DNA from: Clostridiaceae bacterium
Lineage (GTDB): Bacteria; Bacillota; Clostridia; Clostridiales; Caloramatoraceae
DNA length: 24,000 nt
Reading direction: 5' to 3'
Assembly: GCA_041639705.1 (NCBI GenBank)
Contig: JBEQBT010000003.1
Coordinates: 15,001-39,000 of the forward strand
Part shown: positions 1-7,418 of the stretch, piece after piece
Layout of the letters: each line of letters opens with the position of its first letter
Position numbering within the stretch: the stretch's first letter is position 1
The notes under the pieces: generated by a model
The model's database searches: none
Told to the model about the DNA's origin: nothing
What the model saw: only the letters and a program-made list of their open reading frames with translations
Made by a program: the position numbers and the translations under genes

Positions 1-1624
1 ACATAACCTCATCAAAACTAATATGTGGATTTACAGTATACAGATCAAAGCTTTTGATGATAGAGCCTATTTCTTTAGTTATTAAGCCAATTTCATCTAT
101 TTGAGTAAGCGTATCTGTTTTTTCTACATCTTTACCTGGCTTAACATTTTGGGAGGTATTTTCTATTTCGTTTGAAATTAACAAAACATCCTCCTCTGTA
201 AGCATTGGATTTACCTTTATATAATTGTATTTAGAATTACTTATGTCAAAAGTAGATATTAAAACCTCAATATCCTTTATTTTGTCAGAGGATAAATCGT
301 TGATAGACAGAGCTTTTACTCTTACCTTATTATAGAAAATATTAGATATTCTTGAGGACATCAACGCGGATATGCCTATTCCACTGGAACAAATAATACC
401 TACATTTACTTTTCTGCTAAACTTATAACTGCTTCTTAGCCTTACTTCAGCTCCCCCAAAATGTATTGCTAAAAATCCTAGCTCTTCTTCCGGAACCATA
501 AGGTTATACTTATCTTCAATTACTTTTGCAGCTCTTTGAGCTTTTTCATATACCCTTGGATATAAACGCTTTATTTCATTTTGAAAAGGATTTTGAATCT
601 CTATTCCATGCTGCAAGCGTATGATTGTTGGTCTTACATGGGCAATTAGCCCTCTTATAAAATCTGTATCCTGCTTAAATTGATAGGCTATAGTGCTGTC
701 ATATTGCTGAATCATTTCATATATCATGTACCTGATCTCTGGCTCCGTATCAAATATGTCTTCATTTTCATTTATGTGCTGAAGCTTGGCACCTCTGACA
801 TATATATATAAATCAATTATTTCCGTAGTATTGTACTCTGCTTCAAACTGCTTGCTAAGCAGAGAAATCAATTCGATTACAAACTCGTAGTCTCTAATAT
901 TCTGTCCTGTCAGGTTTATATTTTTTTCTCTTGTATTTTTCCTGCCCATTAATATTCGTTTTGTCATTATAGATAAATAAACTATAAGCTCTGTATAAGA
1001 ACTTTCCACTATTCCGCTCAATCTATTGTTTTTCACCTTTTTTATTGAATGGATTACTTTATTTACAACAGCGGCCTCTATCAAATCAGACAGTCTGTTT
1101 AACGGATCTTCTGTATTTTGATACACATATCTCATACATGCTTTTCTATAGTCCTCTTCTTTATAATCTAGATAAATTCCAAATCCAGATTTTCTAACTA
1201 AAGCCATGTTATTTTTTAAAAACCACTCTTCAATGCTGTCCAAGTCGTTATTGATTGTTGCTTCACTAACCTTAAGTAAGCTTGAGTAGTAATATATCTT
1301 TTGTGGCTCTTCTTGGTTTAATAATTCTAAAATGAGTTGAGTATGACGTTCTTCCTTACTTTTGGGATCACTATATTCCAGCTTGTTTAACTCTTCCAGC
1401 AGCTTATTTTTATTTAATTGACTGCCTATTATACTGATTCCTTTTTTAGATTTTGTCTCTAACTCAAGATTGTATTGTTTCAGACAAACATCTGCATTTT
1501 CTAATTCTCTGAATATAGTTCTCTTACTTAGCTGCATATTTTCAGCAAGAATTCCAGCAGAAATGGGTTTATCTGAACCAAGCAAAAGAAGCAAAACCTG
1601 AATTAATCTTGCTGAGAGCTTCAT
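1..1624 (-). CDS. PRD-domain PTS-regulatory transcription factor (BglG/LicR/MtlR-type), partial: C-terminus lies left of the window
   Basis: Not in the ORF track because no stop lies in the window. My reverse-complement translation from ATG 1624-1622 stays open to base 1 (541 codons). It reads MKLSARLIQVLLLLLGSDKPISAGILAENMQLSKRTIFRELE (wHTH-like), EEELGFLAIHFGGAEV (PRD-like) and KVNVGIICSSGIGISALMSSRI (EIIB-like Cys loop). SD-like AAAGGGGTGA lies just upstream. Confidence 0.8.
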   Translation of the reverse strand, partial: MKLSARLIQVLLLLLGSDKPISAGILAENMQLSKRTIFRELENADVCLKQYNLELETKSKKGISIIGSQLNKNKLLEELNKLEYSDPKSKEERHTQLILELLNQEEPQKIYYYSSLLKVSEATINNDLDSIEEWFLKNNMALVRKSGFGIYLDYKEEDYRKACMRYVYQNTEDPLNRLSDLIEAAVVNKVIHSIKKVKNNRLSGIVESSYTELIVYLSIMTKRILMGRKNTREKNINLTGQNIRDYEFVIELISLLSKQFEAEYNTTEIIDLYIYVRGAKLQHINENEDIFDTEPEIRYMIYEMIQQYDSTIAYQFKQDTDFIRGLIAHVRPTIIRLQHGIEIQNPFQNEIKRLYPRVYEKAQRAAKVIEDKYNLMVPEEELGFLAIHFGGAEVRLRSSYKFSRKVNVGIICSSGIGISALMSSRISNIFYNKVRVKALSINDLSSDKIKDIEVLISTFDISNSKYNYIKVNPMLTEEDVLLISNEIENTSQNVKPGKDVEKTDTLTQIDEIGLITKEIGSIIKSFDLYTVNPHISFDEVM

Positions 1625-1647
1625 AACCTCACCCCTTTATTGCTTTT

Positions 1648-1676
1648 ATTATAGAATGTAATGGTTTTGTTATCAA
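1648..1676 (-). promoter_or_regulatory. Sigma-A-type promoter candidate for the PRD regulator
   Basis: Read on the minus strand: TTGATA (1676-1671), 17 nt spacer, TATAAT (1653-1648). The -10 lies about 24 nt upstream of the ATG at 1624. Confidence 0.5.
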
Positions 1677-1797
1677 TTAAAAGACAATCACCCTTGTCAT
1701 CTTGTTATGTTGACAGGGTTTGAATGAATAAGAAGACATAACCTCTTTGCGGTAAGATGTGATTTCCCTTGAATGAGAGGAGGAAGATAATTTTATA

Positions 1798-1841
1798 GCT
1801 ATAATTGTTTTAGTGCATTAACTGGCTAAAACAATTATAGC
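1798..1841. repeat. Perfect 16-bp inverted repeat (hairpin, 12-nt loop), terminator or insulator-like
   Basis: GCTATAATTGTTTTAG (1798-1813) is the exact reverse complement of CTAAAACAATTATAGC (1826-1841). ATTTTGTGATT follows on the plus strand. No plus-strand gene lies upstream. Confidence 0.5.
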
Positions 1842-1971
1842 ATTTTGTGATTGCTTATACTGTTAAGTTATATTTATTTCTACGTGTATGCTGAACTTTT
1901 GTTATTGCTTTTACCAGAAATCTTACTGCAGGTTTGTCACTTTTGTATGGTGACAATTTTAAGTAAAGAAT

Positions 1972-2048
1972 AGGTGCCAGCCTCATCAGATATCAGATAT
2001 CAGATATTAGTAATATCTGATATCTGATATCTGATGAGGCTGGCACCT
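1972..2048. repeat. 77-bp perfect palindrome (38-bp arms, 1-nt centre), copy A of a repeated REP/MITE-like element
   Basis: AGGTGCCAGCCTCATCAGATATCAGATATCAGATATTA (1972-2009), G at 2010, then its exact reverse complement (2011-2048). Each arm carries three tandem CAGATAT heptads (two GATATC sites per arm). No U-tract follows on either strand. Confidence 0.9.
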
Positions 2049-2071
2049 TCCCCTATAATCATTTATAAAAA

Positions 2072-2145
2072 AGTTTGATCAAAATTTAATCTTAAAATAG
2101 CATTGGATGACTTGAAACGTAAAAAAGTGTTATTTTGATCAAACT
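2072..2145. repeat. Pair of TTTGATCAAA palindromes exactly 60 bp apart, forming a 14-bp inverted repeat
   Basis: AGTTTGATCAAAAT (2072-2085) and ATTTTGATCAAACT (2132-2145) are exact reverse complements. Each contains the self-complementary 10-mer TTTGATCAAA (2074-2083, 2134-2143). Confidence 0.6.
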
Positions 2146-2255
2146 ATCTTATAACTTTTATTTAAAGGCATTTTTTACTTCTCTTTCAGTAAAGAGTTCT
2201 GATGTTCTTGCCGGTAGCACTCCCAGGCAGCATCGCCAGCGACTTATTATATAGC

Positions 2256-2855
2256 TTATTTTACTTTTAAATAATCATATGGGGAAAAACCAGATACAGC
2301 ACGTCCATAATATATATTCCACTTGTCAGAAAATACTTTTAATGTATTTTTAAAATCCCCCATTGTAAGATTAGGATTAATATTTAGTTTATCTTTTCCA
2401 ACCAAAGAAGATCTCACTATGTCAAGGTCTTTGGAAAGTTGACGAATGAATTTTACTTCATTTTCAGATAATACTTGATCTTCGTCAAAACTACCTTGAT
2501 AACCCTTATCTTTTAGTCTGCCATTCATTGCATAACCAATATTTTGGAAATCATGTAGAGAGGATATATAGAAATCCTTTACACTGACAAGATACGATGC
2601 TTCGTTGAGCAGTTGATCGACGGAATATAAGTTTTCAACCACAAAACTTACTTTTCCATCCAGTCCACTATAATTACCTGTAGAATAGCTGTCCTCTAAC
2701 TGTTTTAAGCCTTGCTGGATATCATTAATATAGGAATTGGTAAAATTAAAAACTACGTGTTCTTTCTGATCATTTTCCCTTATGCTCTTGATGTTATAAT
2801 AAGCTGATGCTACAAGTGAAATAATTAAAATAATAATGATAATTTTACTTTTCAT
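2256..2855 (-). CDS. Hypothetical membrane-anchored or secreted protein, 199 aa, no recognised domain
   Basis: ORF track. SD AGGGGG lies about 8 nt upstream of the ATG at 2855. The N-terminal hydrophobic segment KIIIIILIISLVASAYY looks like a signal or anchor, and the rest is hydrophilic. Confidence 0.6.
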   Translation of the reverse strand: MKSKIIIIILIISLVASAYYNIKSIRENDQKEHVVFNFTNSYINDIQQGLKQLEDSYSTGNYSGLDGKVSFVVENLYSVDQLLNEASYLVSVKDFYISSLHDFQNIGYAMNGRLKDKGYQGSFDEDQVLSENEVKFIRQLSKDLDIVRSSLVGKDKLNINPNLTMGDFKNTLKVFSDKWNIYYGRAVSGFSPYDYLKVK

Positions 2856-2926
2856 ATCAAAAACCCCCTGATTAATAATCCTCTTAATATTTTATGTTTC
2901 GCTTACTTTTAAGCTATAGCTAGAGC

Positions 2927-3112
2927 TCATATCATTCTTTTCATTAGCAAATACATTTTTAAATTTAATTTATCATAATTTCCAACAAGAGAAGGTAATA
3001 ATTCATTATTATTGCAGTAGCCTCTAAAAACACAATTATCATTTTTTCGAGTATCAAAAAGTTCATCCATAAATTTGTTTAATTCACTTTTACCAATTTC
3101 TTTTGTTTCCAT
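2927..3112 (-). pseudogene. Truncated FRG-domain protein (N-terminal 61 codons only)
   Basis: The ORF-track peptide contains CVFRGYCNNNELLPSLVG, matching the FRG...L.PS signature at the start of FRG domains. Full-length family members are several-fold longer. A strong SD (AAGGAGG, 5 nt spacer) is retained. Only 71 nt separate its stop from the next gene. Confidence 0.45.
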
Positions 3113-3669
3113 TTTAACCTCCTTCTAAAAGTAGGCTTTTCTTTATTGGCTGTTCATTTTAGTAATCTTCTCACATATGTTCTTAACATAATTGTTATAT
3201 ATAAAAATACAAATCCAAGCTTCCAATTATAGGCATAATCAGACTTACTCAATTCTCCTTAAATATGTTATTATTTATAACAACTTAATCATTGATTGCT
3301 TCATACTTCATTCCATTATTCATTTTATCAAATAAAAACCAGGGGACGGTTAATAAATTACTCAGCACTTTGTTGTTCAATCATCCTCAGTAATGTTTCC
3401 TTCAAGATCACCTAAATTTCTCCTTACCCTCTTGCAGCTATATAGAAATAATCATCCTTTTGAAGAAGTAATAATAAATCTTTCAACTCCACAATTTCAT
3501 CCTACGTATCATTTCTTTTTATGGTTTGTTAATATATTCCACATTAACTTTATAATTCCTCCAAGGGTAAACATTTTCAAATATTTTTTCAGCGACCTTT
3601 TAGTTTTAGCAAAATATATTGCTCTGCTTCGCAACTCTAGGATAGGCAGCTTTATTCTTATCATAGCAA

Positions 3670-3967
3670 CTAAGGTTGTCTGAATAATGTGAAAGGCTTG
3701 TCAGTTACTTTAATAATTATTTGCGCCTTTGAATTTTTGTCTTCTTCGTAAGTAATGTATATCAATTTCTGACCTTTATCCATCTCTATTTTCTCGTCAG
3801 CCATAATGCCATTCTCTGTTTTAAATGTCAGGTCATGTTCCCCTATGCTTAGATTTCTATAAACTTTTATATCAGTATTTTTCTCCTCCTAGTATGAAAT
3901 CAATACTGAAAACAAGCTCATTGGCTTTTTCCGAGGAAAATTCATAATCACGAGTCCACCTATTCAT
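3670..3967 (-). pseudogene. Frameshifted small gene (about 100 codons if repaired), unknown function
   Basis: My translation from ATG 3967 gives MNRWTRDYEFSSEKANELVFSIDFILGGEKY then a stop at 3874-3872. The +1 frame continues as TDIKVYRNLSIGEHDLTFKTENGIMADEKIEMDKGQKLIYITYEEDKNSKAQIIIKVTDKPFTLFRQP, stopping at 3672-3670. Removing one base from the A5 run (plus-strand T5 at 3878-3882) joins the two frames. SD-like AGGAA lies 7 nt upstream of the ATG. Confidence 0.3.
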
Positions 3968-4118
3968 ATTTTAATTCCTGCTCGTAAAATAAACAATTGT
4001 ATAATTTTTATCCTTTAATACCTCAGAACTGTCTCTACTTACTTGATATCAAAAATTCACCTTATGCGAATCATATGGTGAATTTCCATGTAAAAGTCTA
4101 TGCGGTTTTTTATACTCA

Positions 4119-4127
4119 TGGTATAAT
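4119..4127 (+). promoter_or_regulatory. Extended -10 promoter candidate for the mntA-hepT operon
   Basis: TGgTATAAT at 4119-4127, 33 nt upstream of the ATG at 4161. No good -35 hexamer is present. Confidence 0.45.
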
Positions 4128-4160
4128 AAAGACATTGAATTTGAGTTTAAGGGTGATTTT

Positions 4161-4574
4161 ATGATTAATATTGAAGATAAGCTAGATGACCTTAAGAAAT
4201 ATTTCAAGGACAACATGAATATTCTGGCAGTGTGGATAGTAGGTTCATATGGGACAGAGTATCAAAGAGATGAAAGTGATATTGATTTTGCCTTATTGTT
4301 TAACAATTATACTGATTTGTTTGATGAGATGAAGATTGCATCAGATATTTCATCACTTATTAAGTATGAAGATGTTGATATCATTAACCTGCAAAAATCA
4401 CCTGTTACACTTCAATTCAAAGCAATCAGTCAGGGACGGCAAGTATATGAAAAGGACTTTATAGGGGTAGGAGATTATATTGAAAATGTCCTCAATAATT
4501 ACAGAAATTCTAAATACTATATAGATCTGTTTAATAGAGAATTTTTGAACGGGTTTCAAAAGGAGGGAATATAA
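4161..4574 (+). CDS. mntA: Minimal nucleotidyltransferase (MNT) antitoxin, MntA-like (type VII TA)
   Basis: 137 aa. Carries the GS-x(n)-D-x-D nucleotidyltransferase signature GSYGTEYQRDESDIDFALLF. SD AAGGGTGA is upstream. It ends 3 nt before the HEPN gene. Confidence 0.85.
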   Translation: MINIEDKLDDLKKYFKDNMNILAVWIVGSYGTEYQRDESDIDFALLFNNYTDLFDEMKIASDISSLIKYEDVDIINLQKSPVTLQFKAISQGRQVYEKDFIGVGDYIENVLNNYRNSKYYIDLFNREFLNGFQKEGI

Positions 4575-4577
4575 AAA

Positions 4578-5000
4578 ATGATTCCCAATATTGATTTTGA
4601 AAAGATTAAGCAAAAACTTATTTATGCAGAAGGCAATATTAACAAACTTGATAAACTTAAGGATTTAACAGAAGAAGAATTTATTAATGATTTTAGGAAT
4701 ATTGATAGTGCAAAATATCTTCTTCAAGTTACAATAGAAACCATGCTGGATATATCAGCTCACATTATTGCAAGAAATAGATGGGGCAAGCCCGAAAGCA
4801 ATAAAGAATACTTCGAGATTATGGCAGATAAAGATATAATTCGTAAAGGTGACATTGAAACTTATTCGTCTATGGCTAAGTTTAGAAATAGGATTGTACA
4901 TATGTACTACGCTATTGATAATCACGTGATTTATGAAATAGTCAAAAGCAATTTAAAGGATTTAAAAAAATTTATTAATGATGTTGGACAAAAGCTTTAA
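4578..5000 (+). CDS. hepT: HEPN/DUF86 RNase toxin, HepT-like (type VII TA)
   Basis: 140 aa. The R-x4-H HEPN motif is present as FRNRIVHMYYAID. SD AAGGAGGGA is upstream. Gene order (MNT then HEPN) and spacing are typical of MntA/HepT pairs. Confidence 0.85.
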   Translation: MIPNIDFEKIKQKLIYAEGNINKLDKLKDLTEEEFINDFRNIDSAKYLLQVTIETMLDISAHIIARNRWGKPESNKEYFEIMADKDIIRKGDIETYSSMAKFRNRIVHMYYAIDNHVIYEIVKSNLKDLKKFINDVGQKL

Positions 5001-5007
5001 AATTGTA

Positions 5008-5070
5008 AGGTGCCAGCCTCATCAGATATCAGATATTACTAATATCTGATTTCTGATGAGGCTGGCACCC
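5008..5070. repeat. Palindromic element copy B (two heptads per arm, one arm mismatch)
   Basis: AGGTGCCAGCCTCATCAGATATCAGATATTA (5008-5038), CT, then AATATCTGATTTCTGATGAGGCTGGCACC (5041-5069). It has the same termini as copy A, one heptad fewer, and one A/T mismatch in the stem. It begins 7 nt after the hepT stop. Confidence 0.9.
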
Positions 5071-5320
5071 TGGTATGTACCATATAATGATTTAGTTTTC
5101 TCAAAATCTTTTTCACCAAGTATTTTCTTAAGTATTTCATTTTTTTATATTTTTTATCATAATCAAATAAATTTTAATTTGCAAAACCCTGAGTTAAATG
5201 TATATTAAAAATAAACTGTTTCTATACTTCAATATTTCAAATCAGTAGCATTGTATTTTTTTATAGAGAGTAATTGGCAGAGAAATAGGTTCAAAATGAT
5301 TTATATGAGGAGTTGTTATT

Positions 5321-6343
5321 ATGGGTAATCATTTATTATTAATAGATGGTTCATCACTTCTTTCCTCCAGTTTCTTTGGTAATCTTCCAAATGAATATAA
5401 ATTTGCTAAAACCGATGAGGAAAAGAACAAGTATCTTGATAAAATACGCCATTCACATGATGGTAGGTTTACTAATGGTGTATTTACAATGATGGCATCA
5501 ATGCTTAATGTAATAAAAAATCAAAGACCTACTCACCTGGCGGTAGCATGGGATCTTACCAAGGAATTTACTTTTAGAAAAAAAATGTTTCCTGAGTATA
5601 AAGGCCACAGAAAAAGCTTGAGACCAGAACTTGGCAGCCAATTCTCTTTGGCACAAGAGGTTTTAAAGGAAATGGGTATTTCTGAGTTCGTTTTTGAAGA
5701 ATACGAAGCAGATGATATAATTGGCACCCTAGCAAGAAGGTTTGAAGAGGATATGAGAGTTACCATCTGGACCAAAGATCAGGACAGCCTGCAGCTTATT
5801 GATGAAAATGTCAGAGTATGGCTTATTACATCAAAATGCTCGGATATGTATTCAGAGCTTGGTCTAGACATAAAACAGTGGAATATTCCTCCTGGAGCAT
5901 TTGAATATACACCAGTTTATGTTGAACATTTTTATGGTGTATCTCCAATACAGATTATTGATAGGAAAGCAATTGAAGGGGATCCATCAGATAATATTCC
6001 AGGAATTAACGGAGTAGGTGAAAAGTCTGTAATCCCATTACTTCAGGAGTTTCAAACTGTAGAAGGAATTTATGATTTTATTGAAAACTCTTCTGAAAAG
6101 GAAATCAAAGAAATTTTTAAAACCCTTGGAATATCCCGTTCACCTTTATCAAAACTTGTTGAAGAATCAGACATAAAATTAGCAGGGAAAAAAGCTGCTT
6201 TACTTTGCAAGCAGCTTGCAACCATAAAATGTGATATTGAAGAACTTAGTAATATAACCATAGACTCATTAAAACTTGAAATTAATAAGGATGGTATGAG
6301 AAATATATTCACCCAATTAGGACTTACCAGCCTACTAAAATAA
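5321..6343 (+). CDS. Stand-alone 5'-3' exonuclease / flap endonuclease (PolI N-terminal domain family, YpcP-like)
   Basis: 340 aa. Motifs seen: LLLIDGSSLL, YKGHRK, EADDIIGTLA, TKDQDSLQL and the H3TH-type GDPSDNIPGINGVGEKS. SD GAGGAG is upstream. Confidence 0.85.
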   Translation: MGNHLLLIDGSSLLSSSFFGNLPNEYKFAKTDEEKNKYLDKIRHSHDGRFTNGVFTMMASMLNVIKNQRPTHLAVAWDLTKEFTFRKKMFPEYKGHRKSLRPELGSQFSLAQEVLKEMGISEFVFEEYEADDIIGTLARRFEEDMRVTIWTKDQDSLQLIDENVRVWLITSKCSDMYSELGLDIKQWNIPPGAFEYTPVYVEHFYGVSPIQIIDRKAIEGDPSDNIPGINGVGEKSVIPLLQEFQTVEGIYDFIENSSEKEIKEIFKTLGISRSPLSKLVEESDIKLAGKKAALLCKQLATIKCDIEELSNITIDSLKLEINKDGMRNIFTQLGLTSLLK

Positions 6344-6726
6344 GTGATAGGCGGCAACCTCCACTTATTAGACTTAAATGCGAGTAGAAACAGAGGAACA
6401 TAATTACTGAATCTATTCTACAAGTAGATAATCCTCAGGTATTAATTTTTCATATATCCTGCTATTAAATATATCAATTTGTCCACTTTTTTACCAAGCA
6501 TAAAAATACCTTCAAAAATGTATATGATGTATAACCATTATATCACATTACTTTTTCGGAGGTTTCCCTTGCACCTGAGAGATGCTATCTCTTTTCTATA
6601 AAAAAACAGATACCCTGTCCATAGGCTTTGAAACTATGGTCACCCTGTATAAAAAGAAATGAATTCAATTATTTGTTCTTCATGATTTAAACTTACCCTT
6701 AAGCTCACTCCTAATATAAAACGCAC

Positions 6727-6774
6727 CAGGTCTCGAGTTCACAAGTCGAAAGTAACTTGTGAACTTGAGACCTG
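6727..6774 (-). terminator. Rho-independent terminator candidate after the YcxB-like gene
   Basis: 20-bp stem CAGGTCTCGAGTTCACAAGT (6727-6746) pairs with ACTTGTGAACTTGAGACCTG (6755-6774), with one G-U pair and an 8-nt loop. On the minus strand GTGCGTTTTATATTA follows. It starts 28 nt after the stop at 6802. Confidence 0.6.
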
Positions 6775-6801
6775 ACTGTCACCTCTTCACGTAAGTTCAC
6801 T

Positions 6802-7305
6802 TTAAGCTGCATCCTTAAACTTCACAGCCAAATTATAAAAATCCTCTGCTTCTTTTTTGGATGAAAAGCACCGCTTTGGTATTATATGGGCTATGGCTTT
6901 ATCAATAAAAATGAATATATAATTCTCATTCTGCTTGATCAACTTAATACCCTTCCATGAATGAAAGGATTGATTGACTGAAGTAGATTCTGTAAGTCCA
7001 TCGCTTCCAATTTTAATAACATGTCTGCCAAGAAATCCTTCACCATCATCATGAAACTTCATTATAGCTTTTTTCGAAAAGTAGATAAGCAGTAAATCAG
7101 CTAATGCACCAAGTACTAATGAAGATATCAAGGAATAGGTAAATGGCAGCTTAATAAAAAGCATAATAATAAAGGACAGCAAAGGGACTGAAATCATGCT
7201 GAATAAAAAATTGTTTCTGTATTTAGCTATATTCAATATTGCATATTTGTTAAATTCCCAGTAATCCATTCTTGTAATATCTATTGTTACATCCAATATT
7301 AACAT
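6802..7305 (-). CDS. YcxB-like membrane protein (two TM helices plus a C-terminal YcxB-type domain)
   Basis: 167 aa. Two hydrophobic helices (FLFSMISVPLLSFIIMLFI, SLISSLVLGALADLLLIYF) are followed by WKGIKLIKQNENYIFIFIDKAIAHIIPKRCF, as in YcxB-family proteins. The start is uncertain: the SD GAGGAG abuts the ATG at 7305, so a TTG 9 nt downstream or a later ATG is possible. Confidence 0.55.
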   Translation of the reverse strand: MLILDVTIDITRMDYWEFNKYAILNIAKYRNNFLFSMISVPLLSFIIMLFIKLPFTYSLISSLVLGALADLLLIYFSKKAIMKFHDDGEGFLGRHVIKIGSDGLTESTSVNQSFHSWKGIKLIKQNENYIFIFIDKAIAHIIPKRCFSSKKEAEDFYNLAVKFKDAA

Positions 7306-7389
7306 CTCCTCGCTAAAAATATTATTCTAATGAAAATAGTATGTGCAAATACAGGCTGAAATAGCAGAAATTTGTCTGTTTTAAAGAAA

Positions 7390-7418
7390 TGTGAGGTGAC
7401 TTTAAAATTCACCTCACA
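7390..7418 (-). terminator. Terminator candidate for the sgc-type operon
   Basis: TGTGAGGTGA (7390-7399) pairs with TCACCTCACA (7409-7418) around a 9-nt loop. The hairpin overlaps the sgcE-like stop (7416-7414). The minus-strand tail is TTTCTTTAAAAC. Confidence 0.55.

Noticed and set aside
1972-2048. CUGAUGAG within the palindrome arms resembles the hammerhead ribozyme core
   Set aside because: No complementary stem II followed by a GAAA box, and no cleavage-site context, can be drawn on either strand in any of the three copies. The resemblance is coincidental.
3393-3683. 96-aa plus-strand ORF from the track
   Set aside because: Low-complexity, Phe/Ile/Leu-rich translation with no SD before the ATG. 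It lies in a region where both strands show only broken frames, so it is most likely a chance ORF in A/T-rich decayed DNA.
1972-5070. Palindromes as integron attC sites, with the segment as a gene cassette
   Set aside because: The termini (AGGTGCC...GGCACCT) lack the RYYYAAC/GTTRRRY core sites. The stems are perfect rather than bulged. The bracketed segment holds several genes in both orientations, and no intI-like gene is visible.
4398-6357. Minus-strand ORFs 4398-4613, 5533-5775 and 6070-6357, antisense to mntA/hepT and the exonuclease gene
   Set aside because: Same reasoning: they are antisense to confidently called genes and have no translation signals.
6344-6726. 383 bp of convergent intergenic DNA with small hairpins (6589-6603, 6636-6660), an ACAGGGT direct repeat and a TGTGATATAAT box on the minus strand
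   Set aside because: The stems are only 6-8 bp and A/T-rich. The only ORFs are 4-19 codons. I could not recognise any riboswitch or sRNA signature.
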